From: Felis catus
Taxonomy: Eukaryota
Reading direction: 5' to 3'
DNA: 64,000 bases
Assembly (NCBI RefSeq): GCF_018350175.1
Contig: NC_058368.1
Coordinates: 173,912,001-173,976,000 of the forward strand
Shown: piece after piece, positions 26,632-38,969 of the stretch
Layout: every line of letters starts with the position of its first letter
Position numbering within the stretch: position 1 is the stretch's first letter
Notes under the pieces: generated by a model
Databases searched by the model: none
What the model was told of the DNA's origin: nothing
What the model saw: only the letters and a program-made list of their open reading frames with translations
Translations under genes and position numbers: made by a program

Positions 26632-27871
26632 GCCAGTAGCCGATCCATTCAGCCCTCCTGATGGCACAGCCTGGATGGTTGGCAGAAGGACAACGCACAG
26701 CGACCCTCCAATGGGAAGCTACTGGTATCCCTCCTGTTACTCATCATGGCCATCCCCATGGTCCAACTGGCACTGATGATTCAAAATAAACCCATGGAAG
26801 CAAACTTGGGGATATTTTCTGGGGATGACCCCCAGGACAAAAAAGAAACCTTATATCCAGCCGGTGCCACCCCTGCCTGCCCGTTCTCTACCTAAAGGAA
26901 GGATAGCCCCATATGTTTCCCAGCCAAGGAGGGGGGCAAATGGGTTCAACATCCCCACTCTGGCAACAAAGGAATGTATCCATGGATACAAGTTACTCCA
27001 ACCCCTAGGCCCACTTGGCCCCCAGGAGGCATTCCAGAGCATAACTGGACCTGGTGGGTTAAGGTACGGAATGGTTCATTAGTTCCTAGGTATACATTTG
27101 ACTCTCCGGGAGCGCATAAGGCGTGGGTTCCCAGGGCCCTCTTGGCTCCCTCCTGGCACCCCAGACCAAAGCAAATACTTTTGTTCCTTGTACTGCAAAT
27201 GGTTCAAAGGAACAATTAAGAAGTCATGTCCCTGTAAATGTTCCACTTGAGGTGTTGAGAGTTAGATGACCTTTCATGAAAATAGCAAAGCAACTGCTTT
27301 ATACACTATAAATAAATGTAGATACATAATGAAAGTAGAATGAAGAAATCAATAAGCAAAAAGGCAGGAGGAAACATTACAAAGAAATAACCATGAGGTT
27401 CCTTAATGGGTGATTACACAAAGGAACATTTTTAGAATTAGGTAAAGCCGAGAAACATAGATGACGCACACTACAAGGAAATTGCTGACACATATAATGC
27501 CACGCTTGCCACAATACAGCGGCCAGTCTAACACACTGCTGTTGTCTGTGTTCATTTGTTTGTTTTTTTTTTTTTTTTTAATTTTTTTTTTCAACGTTTA
27601 TTTATTTTTGGGACAGAGAGAGACAGAGCATGAATGGGGGAGGGGCAGAGAGAGAGGGAGACACAGAATCAGAAACAGGCTCCAGGCTCCGAGCCATCAG
27701 CCCAGAGCCCGACGCGGGGCTCGAACTCACGGACTGCGAGATCGTGACCTGGCTGAAGTCGGACGCTTAACCGACTGCGCCACCCAGGCGCCCCATGTGT
27801 TCATTTGTTATTTTCGCTGATGCCGTTCATCCTTCAGGAACCCCTGGACCTGCTGGGGCTGGACCTCGGCA
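26632..27871 (+). mobile_element. ERV remnant: pol/env junction and env SU fragment fused to an LTR that contains a SINE
   Basis: Frame 26701-27219 has a signal-peptide-like KLLVSLLLLIMAIPMVQ, NWT and NGS sequons and a single stop at 26893; LTR end GGGGCTGGACCTCGGCA at 27871; SINE TSD TGTGTTCATTTGTT at 27547 and 27796. Confidence 0.6.
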
Positions 27872-28582
27872 CATCAGATGTTGGCAAGGAGGATGGGGAG
27901 AAAGGGGATTGCACTGTTGGTGGGAATGCAAACTGGTGCAGCCACTCTGAAGAATAGTACAAAGGTTCCTCAAAAAGTTAAAAATAGAACTACCCTGGGA
28001 CCCAACAATTGCACTAATAGGTATTTATCCAAAGGAAACAAAAATGCTGACTTGAAGGGACACACACACCCAATGTTTATAACAGTGCTATCATCAATAG
28101 CCAGATTATGGAAAGAGCCCAGATGTCCATCAACTGATCAATGGATAAAGAAGACGTGGTATATATATCCAATCGAATATGGCAATCAAAAAGAATGAAA
28201 TCTTGCCATTTGCAACAACATGGATGGAGCTATTTTGTGTTAATGCTAAATGAAATAAGTCAGAGAAAGACAAATATATGATTTCACTCATATATGGAAT
28301 TTGAGAAACAAAACAGATGAACATAGGGGAAGGGAAGGAAAAATAAAATAAGAAAAACAGAAAGGGAGGCAAACTATAAGAGACTCTTAAATATAAAGAA
28401 CAAACTGAGGGTTGCTGGGGAGGAAGTGGGTGGGGGCACAGGCTAAATGGGTAATGGGCATTAAGGAGAGCACTTGTTGGTATGAGCATTGGTTGTATGT
28501 AAGTGATGCATCACTAAATTCTACTCCAGAAGCTGATATTACACTATATGTTAACTAACTTGAATTTAAATTAAAAAAAAAA
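27872..28582 (+). mobile_element. Carnivore L1 3' end
   Basis: PMFITVLSSIARLWKEPRCPSTDQWIKKTWYIY, 3'UTR and A-tail. Confidence 0.88.
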
Positions 28583-29281
28583 AGAGAAAAGTGCATGTAT
28601 GTTTAAAATCTCTTAGAACTATACATGGGAAGAAGCAAATTTCACAATTTTTTAATTTAAAAACTTTGTTATTTTTTAACGATTGATTTTTTTTTTCAAC
28701 GTTTATTTATTTTTGGGACAGAGAGAGACAGAGCATGAACGGGGGAGGGGCAGAGAGAGAGGGAGACACAGAATCAGAAACAGGCTCCAGGCTCTGAGCC
28801 ATCAGCCCAGAGCCTGACGCGGGGCTTGAACTCACGGACCGCGAGATCGTGACCTGGCTGAAGTCGGACGCTTAACCGACTGCGCCACCCAGGCGCCCCT
28901 TTTAACGATTGATTTTAATTTTGCAGTTAAAATTTTAAAAAGAAAACTGCCTTGCTGAGTTGTGATTGGCATTCAGTAAAATATAATTCATCTGATTCGT
29001 AAGAGATGCTCGACAAACATCAGCTGCTAGTCCTGTTTTCCTGGGGAGTAGAGAGTAGGGGTTCAGAGCATAGGCTCTTAAGTTAACTGGCCTACATTCA
29101 GATCTTGCTGTGTCATCTACTGGCTTGTGCCCTGTCTGTGCCTAGTGTTCTCTGTAAAATGGAGTCATGATTGTATCTATCCTATAGGGTTGTTAAACAG
29201 GTTAAATCACTTACTGTAGGCAAATACTTAATGAATGTACACTCTTATTATTAACATGGTTTCTCTCTATTGATTTCATAG

Positions 29282-29440
29282 GAGACCAGCTGGGAAGTAG
29301 TATGGGTCTCTGAACTTGGCATGCATTGCCACCACAAAAGGTCTCTGCTGGTGTTTGCCTGTGATGACAAAGATGGCAAGTATGACAGCAGTCGGGAAGC
29401 TGTAACTGTGAAGCTGTTGGGGGGTCCTAATGACTCCTGA
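29282..29440 (+). pseudogene. THOC3 duplicate, terminal coding exon
   Basis: Acceptor tgatttcatag|; GDQ(frameshift)WEV...HHKRSLLVFACDDKDGKYDSSREAVTVKLLGGPNDS* versus recalled THOC3 C-terminus GDKLWEV...HPKRPLLAFACDDKDGKYDSSREAGTVKLFGLPNDS*. Confidence 0.93.
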
Positions 29441-29855
29441 TAGGAGCACCTGGTGTAGGGAGAGGAGGCACTGGCAGAGGCCTTCCTTTGTGTATTAGTT
29501 TGGCCTTGGATTCCTGGAGTTGGTATGCGTCTTAAATATTTGTAAATTGGCTGCCTGAATATCTTTTGCAGGAGAAGGAAATTGTCAACTTCCTATTTCC
29601 CCAGCCTGAGGGAGGTCCCTCATTTGAGAATGGTGGCATAAAATTACCACAGGTCGGTGGGCTGGCTGCAGCATTAGGTTCTGATAGAGGATCTCTTGAA
29701 ATTCTATGCCAGGGTTTTGAGAGAGTAGTTTTATTAGTGCCTCTGACCTCTTTCCTTAGGAGTGACTTTGTTGGGCTTGCTGCTGCTTGCATATATCAAA
29801 ATTCAGTGGAGTAGGTAGGGAAGGGGAGGAATAAGTATAGAGTTCTTTAAAATTT

Positions 29856-32706
29856 GGGGCGCCTGGGTGGCTCAGTCGGTTGGCCGTCCGACTTCAGCTC
29901 AGGTCACGATCTCGCGGTCCACGAGTTCGAGCCCCGCGTCGGGCTCTGGGCTGATGGCTCGGAGCCTGGAGCCTGCTTCTGATTCTGTGTTTCCCTCTCT
30001 CTCTGCCCCTCCCCCGTTCATGCTGTGTCTCTCTCTGTCTCAAAAATAAATAAACGTTAAAAAAAATTTAAAAAAATTTAAAAAAGATATTCTCAAAAAT
30101 TTTATATATTGTTATATAATTTATATATTATAAAATATATGTTTTATAACATATACGTTTTGAGAATTGAGCATTTAATAAAAGTGACCTAGTTCTAAGG
30201 TTTTTAAAAGTCATTACAGGGAGATTTTGTGGTTTTGCATTTTTTTTTAAATCTCAGAAATAGGGTTTAAAGATTACTATAATTCTTTCATTAGTGTTGT
30301 AACCAAGAACTCCATGAAATGCATGAAGTGTGAAATGAAGTACACGGGCTACAGCAATCTTTAAAAGTTATCAGTTGTTGGGGCGCCTGGGTGGCTCAGT
30401 CGGTTAAGTGTCCGACTTCGGCTCAGGTCATGATCTCGCGGTTCGTGAGTTCAAGCCCCGCGTCGGGCTCTGTGCTGACAGCTCGGAGCCTGGAGCCTGT
30501 TTCAGATTCTGTGTCTCCCTCTCTGTCTCTGACCCTCCCCCGTTTATGCTCTGTCTCTCTCTGTCTCAAAAATAAATAAACATTAAAAAAAAAAATTAAA
30601 AAAAATAAAAAAACGAGAAAAAAATAAAAAGAAAAAAAAAGTTATCAGTTGTTTATGTGTGTGTATGTATACCAGGCCTCATTCTATGAAGGGTTTATGA
30701 TGGATTATGACAAACACTGAGGAAATTACTAAAATACAAGTATGAAATATAAAATCAGGATAAGACAAATATAAATTAGAATAGAAAGCCAAGACTGGGG
30801 CAGGCAGAGAAATTGAAGAGAAATATGCAAAGAGTTAAGGACCTAACTGAATAATTGAATTAAAATTTTAGTTCTGAGTTCCTCTGGCAAAGTGAAGAGG
30901 GGATAAGTCAGTTAGCTAACTTTTATTATTAGGAAGAAAAACACAGGGGTGCCTGTGGCTCAGCTGGTTAAGTGCCTGACTCTTGGTTTTGGCTCAGGTC
31001 ATGATTTTGCAGTTGGTGCGTTCGAGCCCCGCATCAGGCTCCATGTTGACAGTGTGGAGCTTGCTTGGGATTCTTTCTCTCCCTCTCTCTCTGTGCTTCC
31101 CTCCCTATCTCTCTCTCAAAAAAATAAGTGAACTTAAAAAGAAAAAAAGAGGGGCACCTGTGTGGCTTAGTTGGTTAAGCATCGACTTTGGCTCAGATCA
31201 TGATCTCATGGCTTGTGAGTTAGAGCTCAGAGCCTGGGGCCTGCTTTGGATTCTGTGTCTCTGTCTTTCTCTGTCACTCCCCTGCTTATGTTCTGTCTCT
31301 GTCTCTCCCTCAAAAATAAACAAACATTAAAAAAAAATTAAAAAAAGAAAAACATACACCAGTTCCTAAGAGAAAGCAAAACTTTTGTTAGCTCTTACCT
31401 CCAAAAGAGATGGCTCATGTAGGTTTTTTTAACAAAAGTATTTTGGCATAAAAAAGAAACCAAAACGAAAATATTCATAGAAAAGGTTTGAAAAAAAAAA
31501 AAAAGGACAAAAATTGTCTGTAAACATAACCCTATGAGATAACCACTACATTTTGTTTGTTTTTTTATTAAAAAAATTTTTTTTAACGTTTATTTATTTT
31601 TGAGACAGAGAGAGACAGAGCATGAATGGGGGAGGGTCAGAGAGAGGGAGACACAGAATCTGAAACAGGCTCCAGGCTCTGAGCTGTCGGCACAGAGCCC
31701 AATGCGGGGCTCGAACTCGCGGACTGCGAGATCATGACCTGAGCCAAAGTCGGACGCCCAACCGACTGAGCCACCCAAGTGCCCCAACCACTACATTTTG
31801 GCATATATCCTTTCAGGACTTTTCCTGTGATCAAATTTGCATGTAAAAATACATATTTGTTTTATCTTCATAAAAATCTTTTGAGGGGTTGACAAAGCAA
31901 GTGTGGCAAGATAAGTCATACAGTTGTAAGCAATATATAGCCAAAATGTAAGCAAAAATCCAGTAACTGTTAATAGACCATTTTCATTTATTGGGCATTC
32001 CTTATGTGCTTGGTACCGTAATAAGGACCTTAAGTAAGTTGCCACCAAGTTGTCCCAACAGATCTCTTTCAGATTCAGCATTACTCATATTTTATGGCTT
32101 CAGGCAAATTAAGTCACTCAAGGTTACACTATTAAGTGACAGTATTCAGGACCAGGTTTATCTAAAAGTCTGTATTCTTCTATTGTGATAGGTCACTCTG
32201 TCTCTGCAAATATTGCCATTCTCATTTTACAGATGGGTAACCCATGGCTCTGGGAAGTTGACTATTGCCCTAGACTAGTGAGCTATGGAGTACTCCTTCT
32301 TGGAGTCTCAGAGTACTGACTTTGCTCCTGCCCTGAGAAGAGTCCCTTCCCACCTTTGGTGAAGAATGTTGTAAACTAGCTTGCTACCACTTTATGTTGG
32401 CAGGATATTGCTGTTCAGATGCCAGGGGAACACTTATTCTGATGGTTTCTGTGAAATGTCAGTGAGAGGAAACTTAGATGTATTGGTTCTTTTTAAAAAG
32501 TTTTTAAATGTTTATTTATTTTTTGAGAGAGAGAAAGAGCGCAAGTGGGGAACGGACAGAGAGAGAGGGAGACACAGAATCTGAAGCAGGCTCCAGGCTC
32601 TGAGCTGCCAGCACAGAACCTGACGTGGGGCTCAAATCCACGAACTGTGAGAGCATGAGCTGAGCCGAAGTAAGACGCTTAACCGTCTGAGCCACCCAGT
32701 TGCCCT
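29856..32706. mobile_element. CAN-SINE cluster (+29856-30085, +30380-30640, +30946-31150, +31151-31345, -31560-31785, -32490-32706)
   Basis: ggggcgcctgggtggctcagtcggtt head, (CT)n region, AATAAA and A-tail. Confidence 0.9.
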
Positions 32707-32843
32707 GAATGTATTGGTTCTTACTTTTGCAGTTATCCACCATTCTAACAGCAAGCTGCTGTTGCTCCATTTCTGCATACGTCCCCTTGGCATTGTGACC
32801 AAATGCAAAAGGTATAACTGAACCAAAGGAGAGTTCATCTTGC

Positions 32844-33594
32844 TGATGAGTGGCTAGCCAATTAAAAAAAAAAAGCTGACACCAATCTTTTGCCGTGAAG
32901 AAAGATAGGGTTATCTATTGGTATGGCACCACCGAGGAGAAGGGGGGGCTGATGCTCCAAAGTCCCGAACTCCCCAATGGCTTGCAAGTGAGGAGCTTTA
33001 AAGGCAAAAATCAAGGGTCAGGGGTTTGAGGTCAAGTGGGGGAAGAAAGAGTAGCTGAGATGGCTGGGAAAGGATTGGATGGAGAGGAGGTGGGCTTAGA
33101 GCAAGTGTTGATCACAGAGGGTGGGACTCTGGGGGTGAGGACATGTGAGAAGGGGTGCTGCAGCTTGGGGCAAATTGGAGGCAGTGGCAGTGTCTTGGGA
33201 CGTGGAGAAGATTGTCAGGTGGAATATGAGGGGTTTGAGTCTCTGAATGGTCAGAGACTGGGTAAATTCAAGATTGATTGACTAGTCTTTCTGGCACTGG
33301 TCCATCTGATTTCATCAAGATTGTGGTCTGGTGGTGAGTGGTTCCTTTCCCTGATCTGGTTCTGCAATGTGTGTCAATGGTGCTTTGTTAGCAAATGCAG
33401 AGGCCACACACCCTATGACTATGATAACTGTGCAGCCTATTTCATTTCTTATTCCCCTGGGCTACATTTTCATTATCTTGAGCAAAGAAAGCATGTTGGT
33501 GTTTTCCCCAATAATCTTTATGCACTCTGTCTTTCTGCAGACTTAATTTTGTTGGTGGTTTCATGAGTTTGGTTCAGAAAGTACCTCCCCATCA
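32844..33594 (-). mobile_element. ERV1-type LTR interrupted by a 194-bp templated insertion; boundaries approximate
   Basis: TGATG...CATCA termini; MER4/MER41-group-like motif cccgaactccccaatggcttgcaag; no clear TSD. Confidence 0.55.
33035..33228 (+). repeat. Copy of 35264-35457 (dispersed direct repeat)
   Basis: 194 bp with 4 mismatches by manual alignment. Confidence 0.97.
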
Positions 33595-34401
33595 ATATGG
33601 ATCTTCTATTTTCTTCTTTTGGATATGTTATAAGCAAAAGCAGCAAACTTTGCTCCTTATAATTTAAACAAAAAGAAATTCATCTCCTTTGACTAAAGGA
33701 GCAATTGTAATAGGAAAATTATTAATACACACATCAGTGAAGAAAGCCTCAGCTTGTGGCTGCCTCAGCTGACTGTCAAGGTCATGGTCCACTACCCTCT
33801 TTCTTTAGCTACACAGTCCTCGATGGCTTGATATCCAGCCCTAGAGAGTGGCCAAGAGAGTTTGGAGCTTGAGGCTCTGCCAGAGAAATGACACACAGTA
33901 ACTCTATGGTTTGGTCATTTCTCTAGTTTCTTAACGATCACATCTGGCTATTTACTGATTGGCCAGTCTAGGCATATCCTATAGTTTCTCCTCTAAATGC
34001 TAGTAAGCTGGGAAAGGTGGCATTTTGTTTTGTTTTGGTTTGGTTTTGGTTTTTCCTAGTCTTTTGCTGAGTCCCAAGTAACTTTGTAGCCTATGATCCA
34101 GGGAAGGATGAACCTATTTTTCATGTCAAACATCAAGTGTGAGATATATGTGTGTGCCTTGTGGATTATTTCCCTCATGCTAACCTGTGTGGGGATGAGG
34201 GTGAGTACTGGGATCCTGGCAGAGGGCCTTGTGTGAGCAATTGGGAGAATTGGGAGTCCTAGCTAGAGGCAGTTCCATCCAATGAACCCAAAGCAGTTAG
34301 TTCCAAGGAAAGCAGGCTAAGCTCTCCTCAGTAGGAGAGTGCAGTGTGTAATACCGGAAGAGGAATCAGGAGAGGTCAGTTCTGGGAGGTCCCAGAGGAG
34401 T

Positions 34402-34440
34402 ATGTGTGCCTGTGTGCATGTGTGTGTGCCTGTGTGTGTG

Positions 34441-34476
<36 letters not shown>
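34402..34476. repeat. Imperfect (TG)n microsatellite
   Basis: Read directly from the sequence. Confidence 0.95.
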
Positions 34477-34477
<1 letters not shown>

Positions 34478-35263
34478 TGAGCTGGTTGGGATGTGATGTG
34501 TCAGTGGTCTTTCAGTTTAGAGTGACCAGGAATGGGGTAGATATACCCTTACTCCCTTTCCTATGTCAAAGATGTATTCTATTCCCTAAAGATTTTAATC
34601 ACAAAAGGGACCACCAAATGTCTACCTTCTTTGGAAGGGAAAAAGCCCATAAACAGAATTACAAGGTAAGTCCCATCTTTCAGAAGGAGAGTAGAGATCA
34701 TACACCTAGAAGTGCCTTGCACACTCAGAAATACCTGCATATAGGTAAGTATTGCCTTCTTTTCTCCCTGTGACACTGCAGGGCAGTGAAAAGAAGGCTG
34801 GCTTCCTAGGTGAGCAGAAGGGGATTTGAATCCCGGCTCCAGCAGTGATTGATGTGAACCCACTTTCCTCTTCTCCTTGGGTTGTTCGGAGAGTTAAAGG
34901 ACATAGCCTATTTGTAAAGCGTCTAGCATAGCAGCTGGCGCACGGGGGATTCTTAGCACATCCCTTCCCCCTGAGGAAGGGCAGCTTCTGATGAGAACAC
35001 AGAGGCTGTCCACAGAGACATGTCAGCAGACTGTCCACTTTCTCGGCTCTGTCTCAGACTGTCCACGGTCAGAGCTGTGCAGGCCGCGTTTGTCATTCCA
35101 GAAGTAGGTGCTGTGAGGAGAGGAGACTTCTCTGTCACACCTGGGCGTGGCGGGAGGTTCAGAGGAGAAATAGTACATCTGCTTACTGTTGCAGTCTGTT
35201 TGGGTCTGTGATGGATATGTGTGCATGTGAACAGGTGGAGCATACGTCAGAACTGTGCACACC

Positions 35264-35457
35264 AGTGGGGGAAGAAAGAGTAGCTGAGATGGCTGGGAAA
35301 GGATTGGATGGAGAGGAGGTGGGCTTAGAGCGAGTGTTGATCAGAGAGGGTGCGACTCTGGGGGTGAGGACATGTGAGAAGGGGTGCTGCAGCTTGGGGC
35401 AAAGTGGAGGCAGTGGCAGTGTCTTGGGACGTGGAGAAGATTGTCAGGTGGAATATG
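35264..35457 (+). repeat. Probable donor copy of the 194-bp repeat
   Basis: Aligns without gaps to 33035-33228. Confidence 0.97.
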
Positions 35458-37182
35458 CGGTGGGGCTGGAGAGAAAAGAGAGAGAGGGTGTCGGGCTCTG
35501 GCGATGTCAGTTAGTACTGGTTAAGGGTATGCCCTGGTGAGTAGGGCAGACCTGGAGAGGCCTGGGTTCAAATCATTCTGGAAGAATCTGGCCAATTACT
35601 TCACCTCCCAATTTTGATTATCCTTAAAATGTACATAATAACAGTGTAACTTATGAATACTGTCAAATGCCTGGCACATTGTAGATGGTCAGTAAATAGC
35701 AGCTATTGTTTTGTAGATGTGAATGTTATATCTGTGGGCAATGTAAACCTTCCTCCCTTATGAGGCTTTTCCTGTCCCTGGGCTAATCACATTGCATGCA
35801 AAAGGGAGGATTATAGGATTATAAAGAAGGCAGTATAGGCCTTAAAAAAAGGAAGTGAGAACTGGACAAAGGAATAATTAACACTTACTTTCTAGTGCCC
35901 ATTTATAGACCAAAGACTCATTGTTAGCATTTAAGGACACTAAATTTAAAACTATTCAAAGTTACAAATTTACTACAATTTCCATGTTTGATTTTTGCTC
36001 AGATGGGGCCACAAGCTGTTGAACTTCAAGACATCTATCACCTCAGTCTTTCACCCCTTACAAGAAGCAGGCAGAGTATGAAAATATGTCTTCCCAACCA
36101 GCAGTATCATAGTAACAAAGTCCCTGGGTACAATTTACCCAGCTGAAGCATCACCAAGTCCCTCTTCTGGTAATTAATTACTCTTGAGAGGCGTTGTATC
36201 TAAAGGGAATAGTTGTCCCTGGAGCTACCTTGGGTTGGCCAAGAATCAGTTACTAAACTCACCTTGTTTCTTTTTACCTTCTTGGTATGGGTACTAGAAT
36301 GTAGGTCAGGCAATGGCACAGATATACAAGGAATCTGTCAAAACATCTCAGAATGTCCTTGAGGACCAAAGGAAATCTGGGCTAGGCACAAGCCCACTTG
36401 TACCTGGTCATCAACTATACAAAGAGTGGGGATTAAAGTCAATTTGGAAAAAAGTTTCTCTCTTGAAATGAGATAGCAGCATGGAATTCAGGTAGAAGAT
36501 GATCAGGCCTATGATTATTGAACATTTATGACAGACTGTATCTCCACAATGCTTTGTTCAACACGTAGTAGAGCTCCTGCCTTCTTACCCTCTTTGTAGA
36601 AAGGAATCTTTGTTGGATTGACCAAACATCTGAGCTCCCTTTGAGTGCTGAGCATTGTATAAGAGACAAAGGGGAAAATCAGACTCTGTACTCTGGACCC
36701 ATTTTACAAATGAGAGCTGAGGTTCAGGGAAGTTGGGGAACTTACTCAGAGTCACCTGGTCAGTACATTAGTTTGAAGCCCTCCGCATGGGTCCCAAATT
36801 CCAACTGTTTAGGTTCAGTCCAATCTAGATGTCACTTATGAACCACAGATATAAAGATACAGATATAAAGATACACAGATATAAAGGCTTGGGAGTCTTA
36901 GAAGATTGTCAACCATCAACACTGGGATTCATCTGGTTCTGGCAAAGCTGTCATGATGGGCAGAAACCAGACAAAATGTTTGGCTTGGTGAACCAAAGGG
37001 AAATAACATATGAGGGGCAAGGAGGTTTATCCAGCTAGCCACTCAACACCCTTTGGCAGTCCTGGGCTGAGCACTGAGGGTACAGATGTGAAGATCAGCC
37101 AGTTTCTGTCCTCAGAAACCCACAGCCTGGTGTGGAGATGGTGACAATTCAGTGTGAGAGTGGTTTGTAGAAGAGTAACTCA

Positions 37183-38594
37183 TGGCACAAAAACAGACAC
37201 TCAGATCAATGGAACAGAATAGAGAACCCAGAAATGGACCCACAAACGTATGGCCAATGAATCTTTGACAAAGCAGGAAAGAATATCCAATGGAATAAAG
37301 ACAGTCTCTTCAGCAAGTGGTGCTGGGAAAACTGGACAGAAACATGCAGAAAGATGAACCTGGACCACTTTCTTACACCATACACAAAAATAAACTCAAA
37401 ATGGATGAAAGAACTAAATGTAAGACAGGAAGCCATCAAAATCCTCAAGGAGAAAGCAGGCAAAAACCTCTTTGATGTTGGCCAGAGCAACTTCTTACTC
37501 AACACATCTCCAGGGGCAAGGGAAACAAAAGCAAAAAAGAACTATTGGGACCTCATCAAAATAAAAAAGCTCCTGCACAGTGAAGGAAACAATCAGCAAA
37601 GCTAAAAGGCAACCGATGGAATGGGAGAAGATATTTGCAAAGGGTTAGCATCCAAAATCTATAAAGAACTTCTCAAACTCAACACCCCCCCCAAAAAAAA
37701 TCCAGTGAAGAAATGGACAAAAGACATGAATAGACACTTCTCCAAAGAAGACATCCAGATGGCCAAGTGACACATGAAAAAATGCTCAACATCACTCATC
37801 ATCAGGGAGATACAAATCAAAACCACAATGAGATACCACCTTACACCTGTCAGAGTGGCTAACATTAACAACTCAGGTAACAACAGATGTTGGCGAGGAT
37901 GCAAAGAAAGAGGGCTCTTTTGCACTGCTGGTGGGAATGCAAACTGGTACAGCCACTCTGGAAAACAGTTTGGAGGTTCCTCAAAAAATTAATTACCCTA
38001 TGACCCAGCAATTGCACTACTGGGTATTTGTCCAAGGGATACAGTTATATTGTTTCGAAGGGGCACATGCACCCCAATGTTTATAGTACCACTATCAACA
38101 ATAGCCAAAGTATGGAAAGAGTCCAAATGTCCATTGATGGGTGAATGGATAAAGATGTGGTGTATATATACAATGGAGTATTACTTGGCAATCAAAAAGA
38201 ATGAAATCTTGCCATTTACAACTATGTGGATGGAACTAGAGGGTATTATGCTAAGCGAAATTAGTCAGAGAAAGACAAATATCATATGACTTCACTCAGA
38301 GGAAGACTTTAAGATACAAAACAGATGAACATAAGGGAAGGGAAGCAAAAATAATATAAAAACAGGGAGGGGGACAAAACATAAGAGACTCTTAAATATG
38401 GAGAACAAATGGGGGTTACTGGAGGGGTAGTGGAGGGGGAATGAGCTAAATGGGTAAGGGGCATTAAGGAATCTACTCCTGAAATCATTGTTGCACTATA
38501 TGCTAACTAACTGGGATGTAAATTAAAAAATAAATAAATTATTAAAAAATAAAATAAAATAAAAATGGTGGACCACTGGCGGGGGGCGGAGGGA
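37183..38594 (+). mobile_element. 5'-truncated carnivore L1 (ORF2 3' end and 3'UTR)
   Basis: MNLDHFLTPYTKINSKWMKELNVR and related ORF2 peptides; TSD AGAAGAGTAACTCA at 37169-37182 and 38595-38608. Confidence 0.92.
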
Positions 38595-38969
38595 AGAAGA
38601 GTAACTCAGATCATGTCTCTCCCCTGCTAAAAACACTACAGAGGCTTCCCTTTGAACTTTTTTCCAGATCTGGTCTTTCAAACCATGTCCTTCTTGGCAT
38701 TCACATCTTAATTCGGAAGGCACTCCCTTTCTTTTTTTTTTAAACAACAGTTTTGGGGCACCTGGGTGGCTCAGTCAGTTGAGTGTCTGACTTCAGCTCA
38801 GGTCATGATCTCATGGTTAGTTCGAGCCCCACAGTGGGCGCTGCACTGACAGTGAGGAGCCTGCTTAGGATTCTCTCTCCCTCTGTCTCTGCTTCTCCCC
38901 TACTCTCGCTCTCAAAATAAATAACAAGCCTAAAAAACCCCTCCAAAACAAGTTTTATTATGTACATAC

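Larger units (their letters stand above)
21400..29440 (+). pseudogene. Unprocessed, partially deleted duplicate of THOC3 (overall span)
   Basis: Colinear homology to the THOC3 locus in this window: promoter about 21415-21555, exon 1 about 22745-22987, intron-2 segment about 23260-23815; plus the terminal coding exon at 29282-29440. Confidence 0.9.

Noticed and set aside
33700..33720. AGGGAGCAATTGTAAT shared with 13122-13137
   Set aside because: At 13.1 kb the match spans an LTR junction, so it is a chance identity
34592..34750. Plus-strand exon-like segments with AAG|GTAAGT (34666) and TAG|GTAAGT (34745) donors; also a 19-nt micro-exon candidate at 48034-48052
   Set aside because: No recognisable product or consistent exon chain; such sites occur by chance in 64 kb
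36843..36886. Short tandem repeats (CAGATATAAAGATA-type; also near 11740, 14515 and 56548)
   Set aside because: Ordinary slippage duplications without spacers; not CRISPR-like
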